Positions 35,601 to 47,014 of a DNA stretch of 64,000 nucleotides are shown here, piece by piece. How positions within the stretch are numbered: position 1 is the first letter of the stretch; every line of letters starts with the position of its first letter. The position numbers and the translations under genes were made by a program. The stretch covers positions 1 through 64,000 of the forward strand of contig NIVC01003610.1 of the NCBI GenBank assembly GCA_002269645.1, written 5' to 3'. This stretch comes from Macrostomum lignano. Its lineage: Eukaryota. The notes below the pieces were generated by a model, which made no database searches, was not told where the DNA came from, and was given only the letters and a program-made list of their open reading frames with translations.

Positions 35601-37654
35601 GATGAGTACCAGTTCTCGTCCAACACCATCCTAGTGAAAATGCCTCCACCAGAGTCCAAGCTGTGGAATGTGTTCACGCCGCTCTCCTGGGACTCTTGGC
35701 TGCTCATTATTGCCATGTTCGTCATTGTTCCAGTCGTTATCTTCATTTTCGCCAAGCTCAGTCCCTTTAGCGCCTGGACTTTGGGCTTGCCTTATGCGTT
35801 TTCTGACGAAGTCTGGCTAAAGGAATACGTCTGGTCGGTCATTGGCAGCTTCTTGCAGCAGGGCCAGGACTTTTACCCGTTCTCGATGAGTCCTCGAACT
35901 GTCATGGCGTTCTGGTGGATGCTCACAGTAGTCATTTTTGGAGCATATACAGGTGGTTAAGCTAGGTTGTTTTATCAAATCTAATGCTTATGACTGCAGT
36001 TGATCAAATGTTAGTGCGTTTTCTATCCCTTTCCTTCAGGGGACCTCACGGCCAAGCTTGCTGTGACGGTGGCCAAGTACCCGATCGAGAGCTTGGAGGA
36101 TCTGATCGCCAGGCCGCACTACAAGGCCATGGTTGCCCAGGGCACCAACATCTACGGCTCAATCATGCTGGCGACGGAAGGTCCCTTGACTATGCTACGC
36201 AAACAGATGGAGCTTGTTGACACAATGGCCACCTGCGCCGAGACTGTGAGTTTGAGTGTCATGGTTTTAGATTGATTTACATTCGATGAAGTCAACAAAG
36301 CCTGAGGCTCTCAGTCAGGTCTGAAAAAGCACTTCACCGAACTTACCCTCAGCTCCTCAAGCCGGACGCGAGCCCGTACCTGGTGTGCGTCTCAGACCAG
36401 AGCAGCAATTCTTATTACGCCAGCGCATTCTGCAAGCAGGTTTACCAAGCCAAAAATTTCTTCAACTTTTACTACTTGGCTATGACGTTTCCACAGGATG
36501 TCTACTACCTTCCAGCATTTGACTTTCTGTAAGTTTCATATTCTTCATTATCCTTTAATGTTCTTGAATATAGCTACCTTCATTAGCTGTCATATATAGC
36601 TGTCATTAGGTTTTATGACATTTGGTTATATTTTATTTATTTTATACTTTGGTTATATTTTATTACACGTATAGTGCCAGGTGAAAAAAAAACTAACTGA
36701 GCTTTGCAGCCGCAATTTTACGATTTTTTCGGCTTCAAATCCCCACCAGCGACAACCAAACTTCAAAACCCAGCACGACATTCCACAACCAAACCTCGAA
36801 CAACAGAATAACACTCCACAACCAAACCTCTAACAACAGAATAACACTCCACAACCAAACCTCGAACAACAGAATAACACTCCACAACCAAACCTCGAAC
36901 AACAGAATAACACTCCACAACCAAACCTCGAACAACAGAATAACACTCCACAACCAAACCTCGAACAACAGAATAACACTCCACAACCAAACCTCGAACA
37001 ACAGAATAACACTCCACAACCAAACCTCGAACAACAGAATAACACTCCACAACCAAACCTCGAACAACAGAATAACACTCCACAACCAAACCTCGAACAA
37101 CAGAATAACACTCCACAACCAAACCTCGAACAACAGAATAACACTCCACAACCAAACCTCGAACAACAGAATAACACTCCACAACCAAACCTCGAACAAC
37201 AGAATAACACTCCACAACCAAACCTCGAACAACAGAATAACACTCCACAACCAAACCTCGAACCACAGAACGATACTATATTCTACAGCCGAACATTGAA
37301 CCACCACAGAACTAAGTGCCACAACCGAACCTTGAACCACCACAGAACTAAGTGCCACAACCGAACCTCGAACCAGAACATGTAAAGTCACAGCAAAAAC
37401 TCGAACCCTACAGACTGCAGCGCGGCAAGGAGAGCGGCTTCGTCGATGTGGTGACTCGCAAGTTCATTCCTTCGACAAGCGACTGCAACGTCAACACGGC
37501 CGCCGCTGAGGCCGCAGCCATCCCACTGGAGGGTGTGGGTGGCGCCTACATCGTCAGTCTGTCGCTCTACCTGTGCGGCGGTGTCATCCTGCTGATCGAG
37601 CTGTTCTGGGTGGTCAGGCTGCAGAGGGACCCGCTCGATATGCCCGGATACTGA
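32697..37654 (+). CDS. Divergent ionotropic glutamate receptor-like subunit, paralogue 4 (13 exons, intact, 830 aa)
   Basis: Exons: 32697-32928, 33070-33210, 33293-33403, 33500-33681, 33749-33955, 34043-34201, 34375-34605, 35190-35287, 35360-35453, 35538-35952, 36040-36245, 36353-36528, 37414-37654. The 2493 nt total is in frame. Motifs: WSVIGSFLQQG, GAYTGDLTAKL, end DPLDMPGY*. Confidence 0.92.
34708..34992 (-). mobile_element. tRNA-headed SINE copy (intron 7 of paralogue 4)
   Basis: The minus strand has A-box-like TAGCCCATTGG and B-box-like GAATTCGATTC. The body is shared with the copies at 40727 and 50138 (GACAGCTCAGCCGCAGCTATTGCG...GCTGTTCAGT.CAAGGACT). Confidence 0.7.
36780..37265. repeat. 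33-bp minisatellite, ~14.5 copies (intron 12 of paralogue 4)
   Basis: Unit AACAGAATAACACTCCACAACCAAACCTCGAAC, followed by two related ~35-bp variants up to ~37370. Confidence 0.95.
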
Positions 37655-38799
37655 TGGCATCGGCCAGCCGGGCGAACCATGTACTATTGGAATAACTGCA
37701 GTCTAAATATAACTTTGAGCCGTTCTTGTTAGGATCAAACCAATTACTGTTGTTTCACGGCGTATCACTCGCCTTCTATTGAATTTTATTTTAGGGCTTA
37801 ATTCTGCTGGAATGTCATTGGAGAGACAGAAGAACTACAATTTAATCATTCAATCGGATGATTTGCTGCCTTTATGCAATTACGACGTTCGCATGAAGCT
37901 ATCCTGTGTTTGATCGGAGGTCTTATCTCTCCAATGTACTTTTTCTGTACGGAGATTTTTAGTCCGGATTTTTTTAAAATCAAGAATTTCCGTGGTAGAC
38001 CCAAATTTGATGCAGAAAAAGATTCTGGAAAAAAAATTATTTAGAGAATAGTGCTTGGAGCTAACAGCCTTTTCCGGGTTGCACTTTTATAGCTGTGGAT
38101 TTTCTTTTATTATGTACGAAAGTACCTAAAATTGATGGAGGACGTGAAGAAAAGTTATATTGTACGCTAGTATACTGAAACAACTTTTATTTTCAATCGC
38201 ACTTGAGAAACATTTTTGAAGCACCGGTTTGTTGCCATGCCTTGCTAGCTAAGCCTGAGAAGGCAGCAGTGCTTCTTTTAGGTCGTAGCCGCTGCAACCT
38301 AAGACCCATAGTTGTTGTTTCCTATCTATAACTTTATAGACTTTATGATTCTCCAATCCCTAACACAGAGATCAGTAGCTATTAGAACACTAATCCTATC
38401 CAAGTACACAATAGAAATATACATTTCTGCAAATATTTTCTGCAACTTCCATGATGCAGCAAGTGAACCAAATTGATCTGGAGGCATCTTTCAACTCATT
38501 TCTTCCTCACTGAATCAGGCAAAACCAAATTGACCCGTCTATTTTGCTGTTAATTGGAGTTAAACCTAAAGAAGATTCGAGTAGCGTTGGAGAAGGGAAG
38601 CGCGGTAGCAACCCCAAACCCAAAAAGAACAAGAAAAAACATGAAGCATGAAAGGTGACAGGCAGAAGAAAATCACCGCGCCACACAGAGCACCGTTCAC
38701 GCTCCGCCGAAGTTGCACTTCCAGTTGATCAGCGACGCGGTCACTAAGGCAACGCTAACGCAGCTTTCCACAGGCTAAGGCTGGATGCCCGTAGAACCG

Positions 38800-39060
38800 C
38801 AGCAGGAAGAGTGGCAGATGCCGATGCAGCTTCCAGGCGCTAGGCATGTGAAAGGCTCGGAAGCTGATGTTGTGCTTGAGCGCTGCCAAAGTGGCAGTTC
38901 GCAGCAGGGCCATGATGGCCGCGTTGCCAGTTGCACCGTTGTTGATGCAGTCCACCGCCGCTCTGTTGTCAATGTAGAGGGCGTCCCGGCTGTTCTCGAG
39001 CTACTCCTTGAACATGCTGATGGGCATCAGCGGCAGCGCTGCTTCCTTCGAGTTACCATT
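38800..39060 (-). mobile_element. Degraded DIRS/tyrosine-recombinase retrotransposon RNase H fragment
   Basis: Reads ALPLMPISMFKE*LENSRDALYIDNRAAVDCINNGATGNAAIMALLRTATLAALKHNISFRAFHMP. This matches the DIRS1-type RNase H pattern (L.PI...W...L.N......DN.AVV..IN.......IM.LLR......NI.F.A.H.PG), with an internal stop. Confidence 0.6.
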
Positions 39061-39228
39061 TTAGAAAGAGGGCAGGGCAGAGGAGGGGGTTTAAAACTGG
39101 TTAGTGACTAGGCAAGACCAGTCACAAACCAACGCATTTTCGGTTCTGAAGGGAGATTCAAGCATCAAAGTTTTCAAAATCTAATTTATTATAGTCGGAT
39201 CTACGAGTATTTTATTTATTATCCATGT

Positions 39229-39914
39229 TGGAATTGTTCATGAGTACAGACAGCAGAATGAGCAATGGAACTGGAATTGTTCATGAGTACAGACAGCAGA
39301 ATGAGCAATGGAACTGGAATTGTTCATGAGTACAGACAGCAGAATGAGCAATGGAACTGGAATTGTTCATGGGTACAGACAGCAGAATGAGCAATGGAAC
39401 TGGAATTGTTCATGAGTACAGACAGCAAAATGAGCAATGGAACTGGAATTGTTCATGAGTACAGACAGCAGAATGAGCAATGGAACTGGAATTGTTCATG
39501 AGTACAGACAGCAGAATGAGCAATGGAACTGGAATTGTTCATGAGTACAGACAGCAGAATGAGCAATGGAACTGGAATTGTTCATGAGTACAGACAGCAG
39601 AATGAGCAATGGAACAGGAATTGTTCATGAGTACAGACAACAGAATGAGCAATGGAAATGGAATTGTTCATGAGTACAGACAGCAGAATGAGCAATGGAA
39701 CTGGAATTGTTCATGAGTACAGACAGCAGAATGAGCAATGGAACAGGAATTGTTCATGAGTACAGACAACAGAATGAGCAATGGAAATGGAATTGTTCAT
39801 GAGTACAGACAGCAGAATGAGCAATGGAACTGGAATTGTTCATGAGTACAGACAGCAGAATGAGCAATGGAACTGGAATTGTTCATGAGTACAGACAGCA
39901 GAATGAGCAATGGA
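39229..39914. repeat. 43-bp minisatellite, ~16 copies
   Basis: Unit GGAATTGTTCATGAGTACAGACAGCAGAATGAGCAATGGAACT. Confidence 0.95.
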
Positions 39915-40726
39915 GTTAGAATTTTTCTGTCTATACAAATTTTCTTTGCTTTGAAGCAGTCTGCTGACGGAAGAGATTTGCAGACAGGCTGATGCGCGAT
40001 CTGCAGCTGCAGAAACTGCAGCCTGACGTCCAGCAAGCCGCCGAACAGCTTCAGGAAGTAGTTCAGCTCCACTGGGAGCTGGGCTGGCCACCAGTGCTGA
40101 ACCGGCAGCTACGGGAGGTCCTATAAGCAGGTTTCCGCCAACAACAATAAACCCTATACCTACAGCCACTTCCTCTCGATAGGAAAAGGGCAGTCCAGTC
40201 GCAGACCAGTGGCCTAAGGACTTTGCCTTGGCTTTTCGGTGAAGGTGGTTTTTGAGAAATCAAAATATCATCGATTGGAGCTGGAGCTAAGAGGAAGAGA
40301 TCGCAAACAACATGAAGGTCGGGCATGGCTCTGGGAAGACATTCTTCTTATAAAGCAGCAGGCGGTGCTGGAGACATGTAACCAGTTGAGCTTGCAATTG
40401 ACTCAGTTATAGTACTTCTAAGGCCTCAGGCATTTGGGCATTAAATGTTGAAGACTTGTGTATGAGGGTGGTGAGCAACACAAAAATAAGCAAATACAGA
40501 CGCATTCGAATGACGCGGAAACCTATTACGACTAGATTTTGAACAGGTCATCGGTGTCCTACCTCGTCACAGTTTGGCAATCTCGTGTTTTGTAAAGCGC
40601 ATGATGCGATTTAAAACCCTTATGCTTAGGTACAGCATAAATTAATGATAGCTAACTAATTGCCAAAGTGCAACCGACTCTAGGTAGTAACCGATCTAGT
40701 AACCTCTAGTAACCGACTCTAGTAAT

Positions 40727-40968
40727 GGGCAGATGTGCAACCGACAGCTCAGCCGCAGCTATTGCGTGGCGCATCTGAAGGCTGCGTACGGCTGTTCAGT
40801 CCAAGGACTGGGGATCGCCAAACACATTGTCAATTACCCCAGCTGGGCAAAATGGAAGCAATGCAGAGTGAAGTGTCTTGCTCAAGAACACAAATTGTTC
40901 CAAGTGAGATCAGGAATCGAACCCCGACCTTCAAGTCGTGAGTCCGACGCTCTGACCACTGGGCCACT
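40727..40968 (-). mobile_element. tRNA-headed SINE copy (best preserved)
   Basis: The minus-strand head GTGGCCCAGTGGTCAGAGCGTCGGACTCACGACTTGAAGGTCGGGGTTCGATTCCTG contains pol III A and B boxes. It is followed by a TGTGTTCTTGAGCAAGACACTT core-like segment and a short repetitive tail (TAGTAACC...). Confidence 0.75.
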
Positions 40969-41642
40969 CCCCTTACAGCATGAAGAGCACGTTAAAATTT
41001 CACATCTTCGAATTCGTTCAAGTTGTGAGCCAGCAAAAGTGGCTAACAAGATTCGAAAAAGTGAAATGAAGTTCGAAACAAATGAAGTTTCAGGCTTGTC
41101 AAAGTGACTGACATTGCGAAGTTTCGAGTTTAGAAAGTTTATTTAGAAGTTTTGAGCATGTTTAATTTTGAGCTTCTGAAACTCCTCTCTTTATTTAGCA
41201 TGGCTTGCCTGCTCCTGGCGAGACTGTTGCCATGCCGCTGAGTGAAGAGCAACTTCAGCTACAGAAGTCAGTGCAAGCCACTCAGATATTAAGACATTGA
41301 AATCCACAGATCAAGTCTAATTAAAAGTTTAGTGAAAGCATTTTGAGCGAATGGCTTCAGGCTAAGCTGCTGGGCCATCTGTGTATTTAAGTAATGTAGA
41401 GAATGCTTAATTAAAATTTAATCACCACCACCATATCTGCACATGAGTTTCATATAAACGTATGCCTCTTCAAAACTAAGATATGCATTTTGGATCATGC
41501 GATTGAAACAAGCTGCACTTTTAATAAAACAATATTTTTATCTGAAATAAACATTTTCGGCTATAAAAATGACTGTTAGTTTCAACCAGTCCTGTGCATT
41601 AATAACCGGAGTGCATCGCTGAGTTTTCAAACCAGACAGTAG

Positions 41643-44227
41643 TCAAATCTGCAGCAGCATTCGCACTTCACGGAGATACAGCCAAGTCTCGCACCACCAG
41701 GTCATATAGCTGGTATTTGCCGTCTCCCGCACAGGAAAAATCCCGTTCGGGTTGGAGTGGTTGCAGTCTCGAAACCACCAGCCTCCTTTTCCATACCTGT
41801 TTGTGCATGACCCTGGGTTGCTTTCGTCATTGTCCCTGTCTATTGTGGAAAACCGCATTCCTGAGTTTTTCTGCAGTTCATCATAGTTCAAACTGGACCT
41901 GCTTTTCAGCATCTCTCGGTACGTCATCCGATACCCAGTGCTGGCATCTCCCACCTGGAATCCCGCGTACTCCGCATGCAGCTCAGAGCCGTTCCAGAGC
42001 TTCATCTCCAATCTGAAAGTGACGCCGCCCTGGCTCAGCAAGTGGATGGTGGAGAGGCCTGTGGGAAGAAATTAAGCTGCAGAGTCTGGGTCACTTCTGC
42101 TTGGTCAGGCATTTTAGTGACACACCTGTAAAACAGACGAAAACGAACATAAATTGCATAGCTACTGTCCTTCGAATCGGAGCTTTCACTGGATCACAGG
42201 AGAATGTAAATTGCCTTGGTTGGTTTAAGTTCGTGATCGTATTTACATGTTGAATGGGGTAGTAAACCTTGCTGAATTCTCAGCGGCTGGCTGCAACGAG
42301 GCGGGATGGGAAAGAGAGGAAGGGAGAAGGATCAGGTTGCCAGTGCCAGGCGCCAGTGCAGCCAAATTTATCAGCTTTGTTATGAAGCAGACGCTTTATC
42401 TCTGTTAGCAGAGCTGCGAACGCGAAGCGGCCGCTCACCGATCCAGAAGTCAGTGCCGTCACCGAAGCCAGTCTCGTACTCAGTCCAGCCTCGTTGGAAA
42501 CTCACTCTGCCGGTGAGTCGCTGCTGAATCTTTACGAAGCAGCGGCCGTCTCGCTGAACTTGAAGCGCGTAAGAAGAGTCAGCGGCGGCGCATGACTGCG
42601 GACTCGAGCAGCTCGCACTTGCCGACGCCTTCATTCTCCATGATAAAGTTGTCTGGACCGACTCGGATCGGCACTGGTCAGCAACCAGAGACGTCACCCG
42701 CCACCTCAGGTGTCGCCACAAATCCGCGGGCTCATTCAGCACCGCCGATCTGAAATTCAGCGGAGTTTTTAGATTGCAATACAACACGAAAATACGCGTA
42801 ACCTCTGAAAACAATAATTAAAGCAATTCTTGAGGGCCACAAAAAAGGTCAACCATTTCAGTTTTCTTAAGACGAATGCTTTTCACTGTTATATTCCAAA
42901 AAAAATTCATTTGAAATGAAATGAACTGGTTGACATGAATTTTGAATTTGGAAAGACCCATTGAAACGGGGTCCTTAGGGTCTGTGAGACATCAGGGCAA
43001 CTGGGCAAATAAAACACTCAGAATTTTAAAGAACTGTCGTGAGGTAAAGTGAATTCTGTTTCTGTTTCTCCAAGCAATTATCAAACCTGAGTTCGTCGCA
43101 CAGCCCCGAGCTTCCGCAGAGCAGCCGCAGCTGAGCGGACTTCCAGTCTGTCGACACCATCAGCGGACCGACCTCGAACCGAGAACTCAACGAGGAGCTC
43201 ACCGATCTCTCAGCAGTCCACAGCCGCATAAAATCGACCGATCGAGGCGACAGGTCGGCCAGCTGAGTCCTCACAGCATCGCGTGTGGCCTCATCTTGCA
43301 GCACCACATCCAGCTTCAGGTAGTGCATGTCTCGGCTATAGTCATACCTGACTGACTCGCTGCTCAAGCTGGAGATGTTGTGGCACAGCAGAGGCTCGAT
43401 GAGGAAGTGGCCCTTCATGTCGAGTCTCTGGTGCACTCGGACTGAGCAGTTCTCGAGATTGACGGAGCGGATGAACCGAAGCTGTCGGCAATTCGACACA
43501 TTTGCAAATCTTTGTCTGCCAATTCCAAGTCGAAGAAGCTGCTGTTTTGCAGCAGGACGTGTCTCTGAACTTCATAGCAAGAGCCGTTCGAAATGATAGA
43601 AGCTGACAGCCTAACTTTTTCAAGGGCCTCGCCGGGCGAACTTCTAAAGTTGGCATTCTGCTCTGGCTGGATTTCTAATGAACTCAGACTTTGCATTCGA
43701 GGCACATTTGCCAGTCTCAAGTTGCTTGCAGCTTGGCACACACTGCTGCGGGCCCTCTTCTCAATTCGCAGTCTCAGGGTGGCGATTGGTTCATCTGGAG
43801 TCCACAGGATGTCAGAAACCCGGATTAATGAGCTGAAGTCGGCTGAGACGCTGATGTTGGTGACCGTGGCGAAGCTCACAGACCTCGGTGACAGATGCCG
43901 CAGTTGACGCTGAGCATCTGCGAGCATCCCAGCATCCCTCATCAATACAGGAACGCTGAAGTACAGCTGCTGGGTGATGAAGTCGAATCGAGCAGCAATG
44001 CCTCTCAGGCTGTCCGTCACGCACATGAGCGGCTCGACTGCCAAGTGCGGACCGTCGCTCGCTCCCGTGTCGTGCACGAACAGCGCGCAGCCGTTCACGC
44101 TGAGCTGCGCCACGAAGCGGAGCCGCGGAGAGTCAGCGGGAGCGCACTGGGAGACCTGGCCGGCTGCCAGCGAGCAGAGCAGCAAAGCAACAAAAATGAA
44201 GCCCTTTTTCCAATTCCGGTCACGCAT
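41643..44227 (-). CDS. Secreted fibrinogen-related (FReD) protein with two copies of an unrecognised N-terminal domain (~596 aa)
   Basis: Exon 1 runs from 44227 to 43642 (or 43616) and includes the signal peptide MRDRNWKKGFIFVALLLCSLAAG. Exon 2 is 43564 (or 43562)-43087, exon 3 is 42749-42439 and exon 4 is 42058-41643. FReD motifs: IQQRLTGRVSFQRGWTEYETGFGDGTDFWIGLSTIHLL, FSTIDRDND, GGWWFRDCNHSNPNG. The exon 1/2 junction is uncertain (short intron versus frameshift). Confidence 0.8.
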
Positions 44228-45249
44228 TTTTCTTTCTATTTGTGTGTTCAGTAAGCTTTATTTAACATTAGCAAAGCCAGTGCACTACAATATATAGCAC
44301 TAATCTATACAAGATCTACCTCGCATTATTCTGATACTTGTACAGACAGAATAAGCCAGGTTAGGCAGAATAACAACTATTTACAAGCCCAAATTAAAAT
44401 AAGATAATCTGTTTAGATGTCAACTCTGTTTTATGCACCTGGTCTATTCAATATGCCTATTCATATTTCTTTTTATTTAAAATCTTCACGAAACAAGAAG
44501 CAGTGGTGTCGAGATTCTGACCGTTGGAAACTGCATGGTGTTGTGTTGAGATAGTCAGACTGATTTTTGTGGGTACACACGAACTTAAACCAAGTTGGCC
44601 TTTCGACTGGTATATTTATACTTATATATTTATCTAGTTGCGACAGATTAACATCGGCAAACAGATGTACATGGGCAGATGTACATATCTGCAAAACAGC
44701 TACACAACATTCACTCTCCCTCACGAACGAGTTGCCTTGTCGACGAAATATTCGAAAATCGATTACTGGGGGAATGGCTTACTGGGGGAATTGCTGAGAT
44801 CTCAAGTCTTGGGGGGGAATTGCTAAGATGTTAAGGCTAAGGTTAGAAGCTACATGTAGTTTATTTAAAAAATTTTAGTACATTCTTTGTTTGCTCCCCA
44901 ACGGGGGGCGTAAATTGCTAGTGGCTACTAAATCTTGACCCGAGCGGTATTCAGAGAGGCTGAATAGTCAAACCCAGATAAACAAGATCTTGTTGCCAAT
45001 TCTTTTGATCAACAGAAACTTTCACGCCAGATTCAGCTTTGAACTCGCAGATGATCCAGGGGCCTATTTAGCATTTTGTTGCTTGTCTATAAGCCATGTA
45101 GATCCTGACATCGATCCTGCATCCTACTTGCTGTTGCAGGCGAGAGTTAAAAAACTTGATACGAGCCTGACAATTGTCAATTCAGGACTCACAAGATGCA
45201 GATTGTGCCCAAGATAAGAGACAAAGAGAGAAAGAAAAAGAAAAGGAAG

Positions 45250-45640
45250 GGAAAAGCTGCCAAAATCCATTGCATAGATCTTCAGGAATTGGACAATCCG
45301 CGACGAATTGAACTTTGTTTTGCAGCTCCTGGTGTCGATCGTCACGAGTAACTTCCTCCAAGCCCCTCTACGGAGACTTACAACCTGCCTTTACGCTGAC
45401 GACACGAGGGCGACACACCAATATGAACCAGTGCCGCTCTATGTCGGTATTGAGACGGTGCTGATGAGGTGGCACTTCAAGCAGGTCCAAAGCAGGGGAT
45501 CAGAAAACAATCGTGCAGTAGCAAGACAGGAATCTGGATCCTGTCTGAACCAGGCCCTAACTTCTGTCGGCCTTCTGCCTGAGCAGGAAGCCGATTCCCT
45601 TAGGACGCGATGCATCTGTGTGCGAGGCTGTGTGTACTGA
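45250..45640 (+). mobile_element. Degraded non-LTR reverse-transcriptase fragment
   Basis: CLYADDT (YADD at 45392-45403) lies in an otherwise disrupted frame, flanked by related degenerate GGAATTGCTGA repeats (44716-44850 and 46100-46640). Confidence 0.35.
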
Positions 45641-47014
45641 TCATGGTAGATTAGTTTAGGCGTGTTTGCAAGGCGATTTAGGGCCTTCTCAAAGGAGTCT
45701 AGCTGTTCTTGGCCCCATTTAAACATTCTCTCTGATGGCCTGTTACTCCGGCTATTTCTGGAGTAAAAGTTCCAACTTGGATCACAAGACCAACTATTAC
45801 TCAAAGATCCGTGATATTTCTAGGCTTTGGAAAGTCGCTGATTGTTTCACAATCTCTGGATCAATGCAATCAGTAACCATCGGCCGACAAATAAAGTCCA
45901 AAATACTGCGTACACTGTGTGCAGATTGCGTGCTACGGAAATCAAACTATTAATTCTGCTGTCCTCCCACCGTCGAAGAAGTTTTCGAACTGCTTGGACA
46001 TGCGATCCTCTTTCTGGGCTCAAAATCAAATAGGCATCAACCATGTGCCTAAAGTACTGCAACTGCTCAGGTCTTGAAAAGTATCATCCACCTGGAGATT
46101 GTGGAATGCGGCATTTCGAACATGGAGGGAATCGCTAAGGTGTCAAACGTTCATAGTCGAATTGCTGAATTCTTGGGGACTCAGAGGGAATTCATGAAAT
46201 GTCAAGGTTCATTGAGAATTGCCGAAATGCTGTGACTCGGCAGGGTTAGTCATAGGTTTACGCTAGGGTTCAACCATAAAAGAATCATATGAAATTGCCA
46301 ACATGCCCGAGCTCATAGGGGTTGGGAGTGAAATGCTGAGTTGTTAAGGCTCATGTGTGGAATCGCTAAGATTTCAAAAGCTCAAGGGCAAATTGGTGAA
46401 ATTCTTAGGCTCAGGGGAATTGTTGAAACTCGGCAGGGTTAGGGCTAGGATTATTGGTTCAATTATGAAATAATCGCCCCTGTCAACCATAAAAGATTCA
46501 TGGGGGTTTGCTTAGATGTCAAAGCTCTTACAGGGGAGTGCTTAAGATTAAAGGCTCGTGGGTGATTGCTGAATGCTGTGGCTCATTGGAGAATTGCTGA
46601 GATGTCAAGGCGAGAATCGCTGAAATTGTGACTTGTGTTGCTCAGATTATATGAACCAAAGCTCACAAAGGATCTGATATCTTAGGCTAGATAGCTGGTG
46701 CTTTTTGCATTCAAAATCGTTTGCCCCTTGGTAGCTCGTACTTAACACTGGTTAATCAACAAGGTCATATCCTACTTGAAGTTCTTTCAAACATTTTATT
46801 TCTGTTTTTGTTGACTCCCCAATGATTAATAGGTTAACTATTACTTTGCGATGGATATCTAATTTCATTAGTGCATCGGCAGATATTGCAAAAAAAGGCA
46901 AAGCGCAAAGCCCATTATCGATAATTGGACAGCTCAGGTGGCAAACTGGCTGAAATTCCAGCCGGGCGCTGCCCCATCGCCAAGTCAATGCAGCATCACA
47001 TTCTGATTGAAGGT

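Noticed and set aside
39930-40400. Protein-like minus-strand stretch LPVELNYFLKLFGGLLDVRLQFLQLQIAHQPVC
   Set aside because: There are upstream in-frame stops, no recognisable family and no supported splice partner; it runs into the 43-bp array.
40900-40968. tRNA-like sequence on the minus strand
   Set aside because: It continues into a shared SINE body found in three copies and lacks a clean acceptor stem, so it is treated as a SINE head rather than a tRNA gene.
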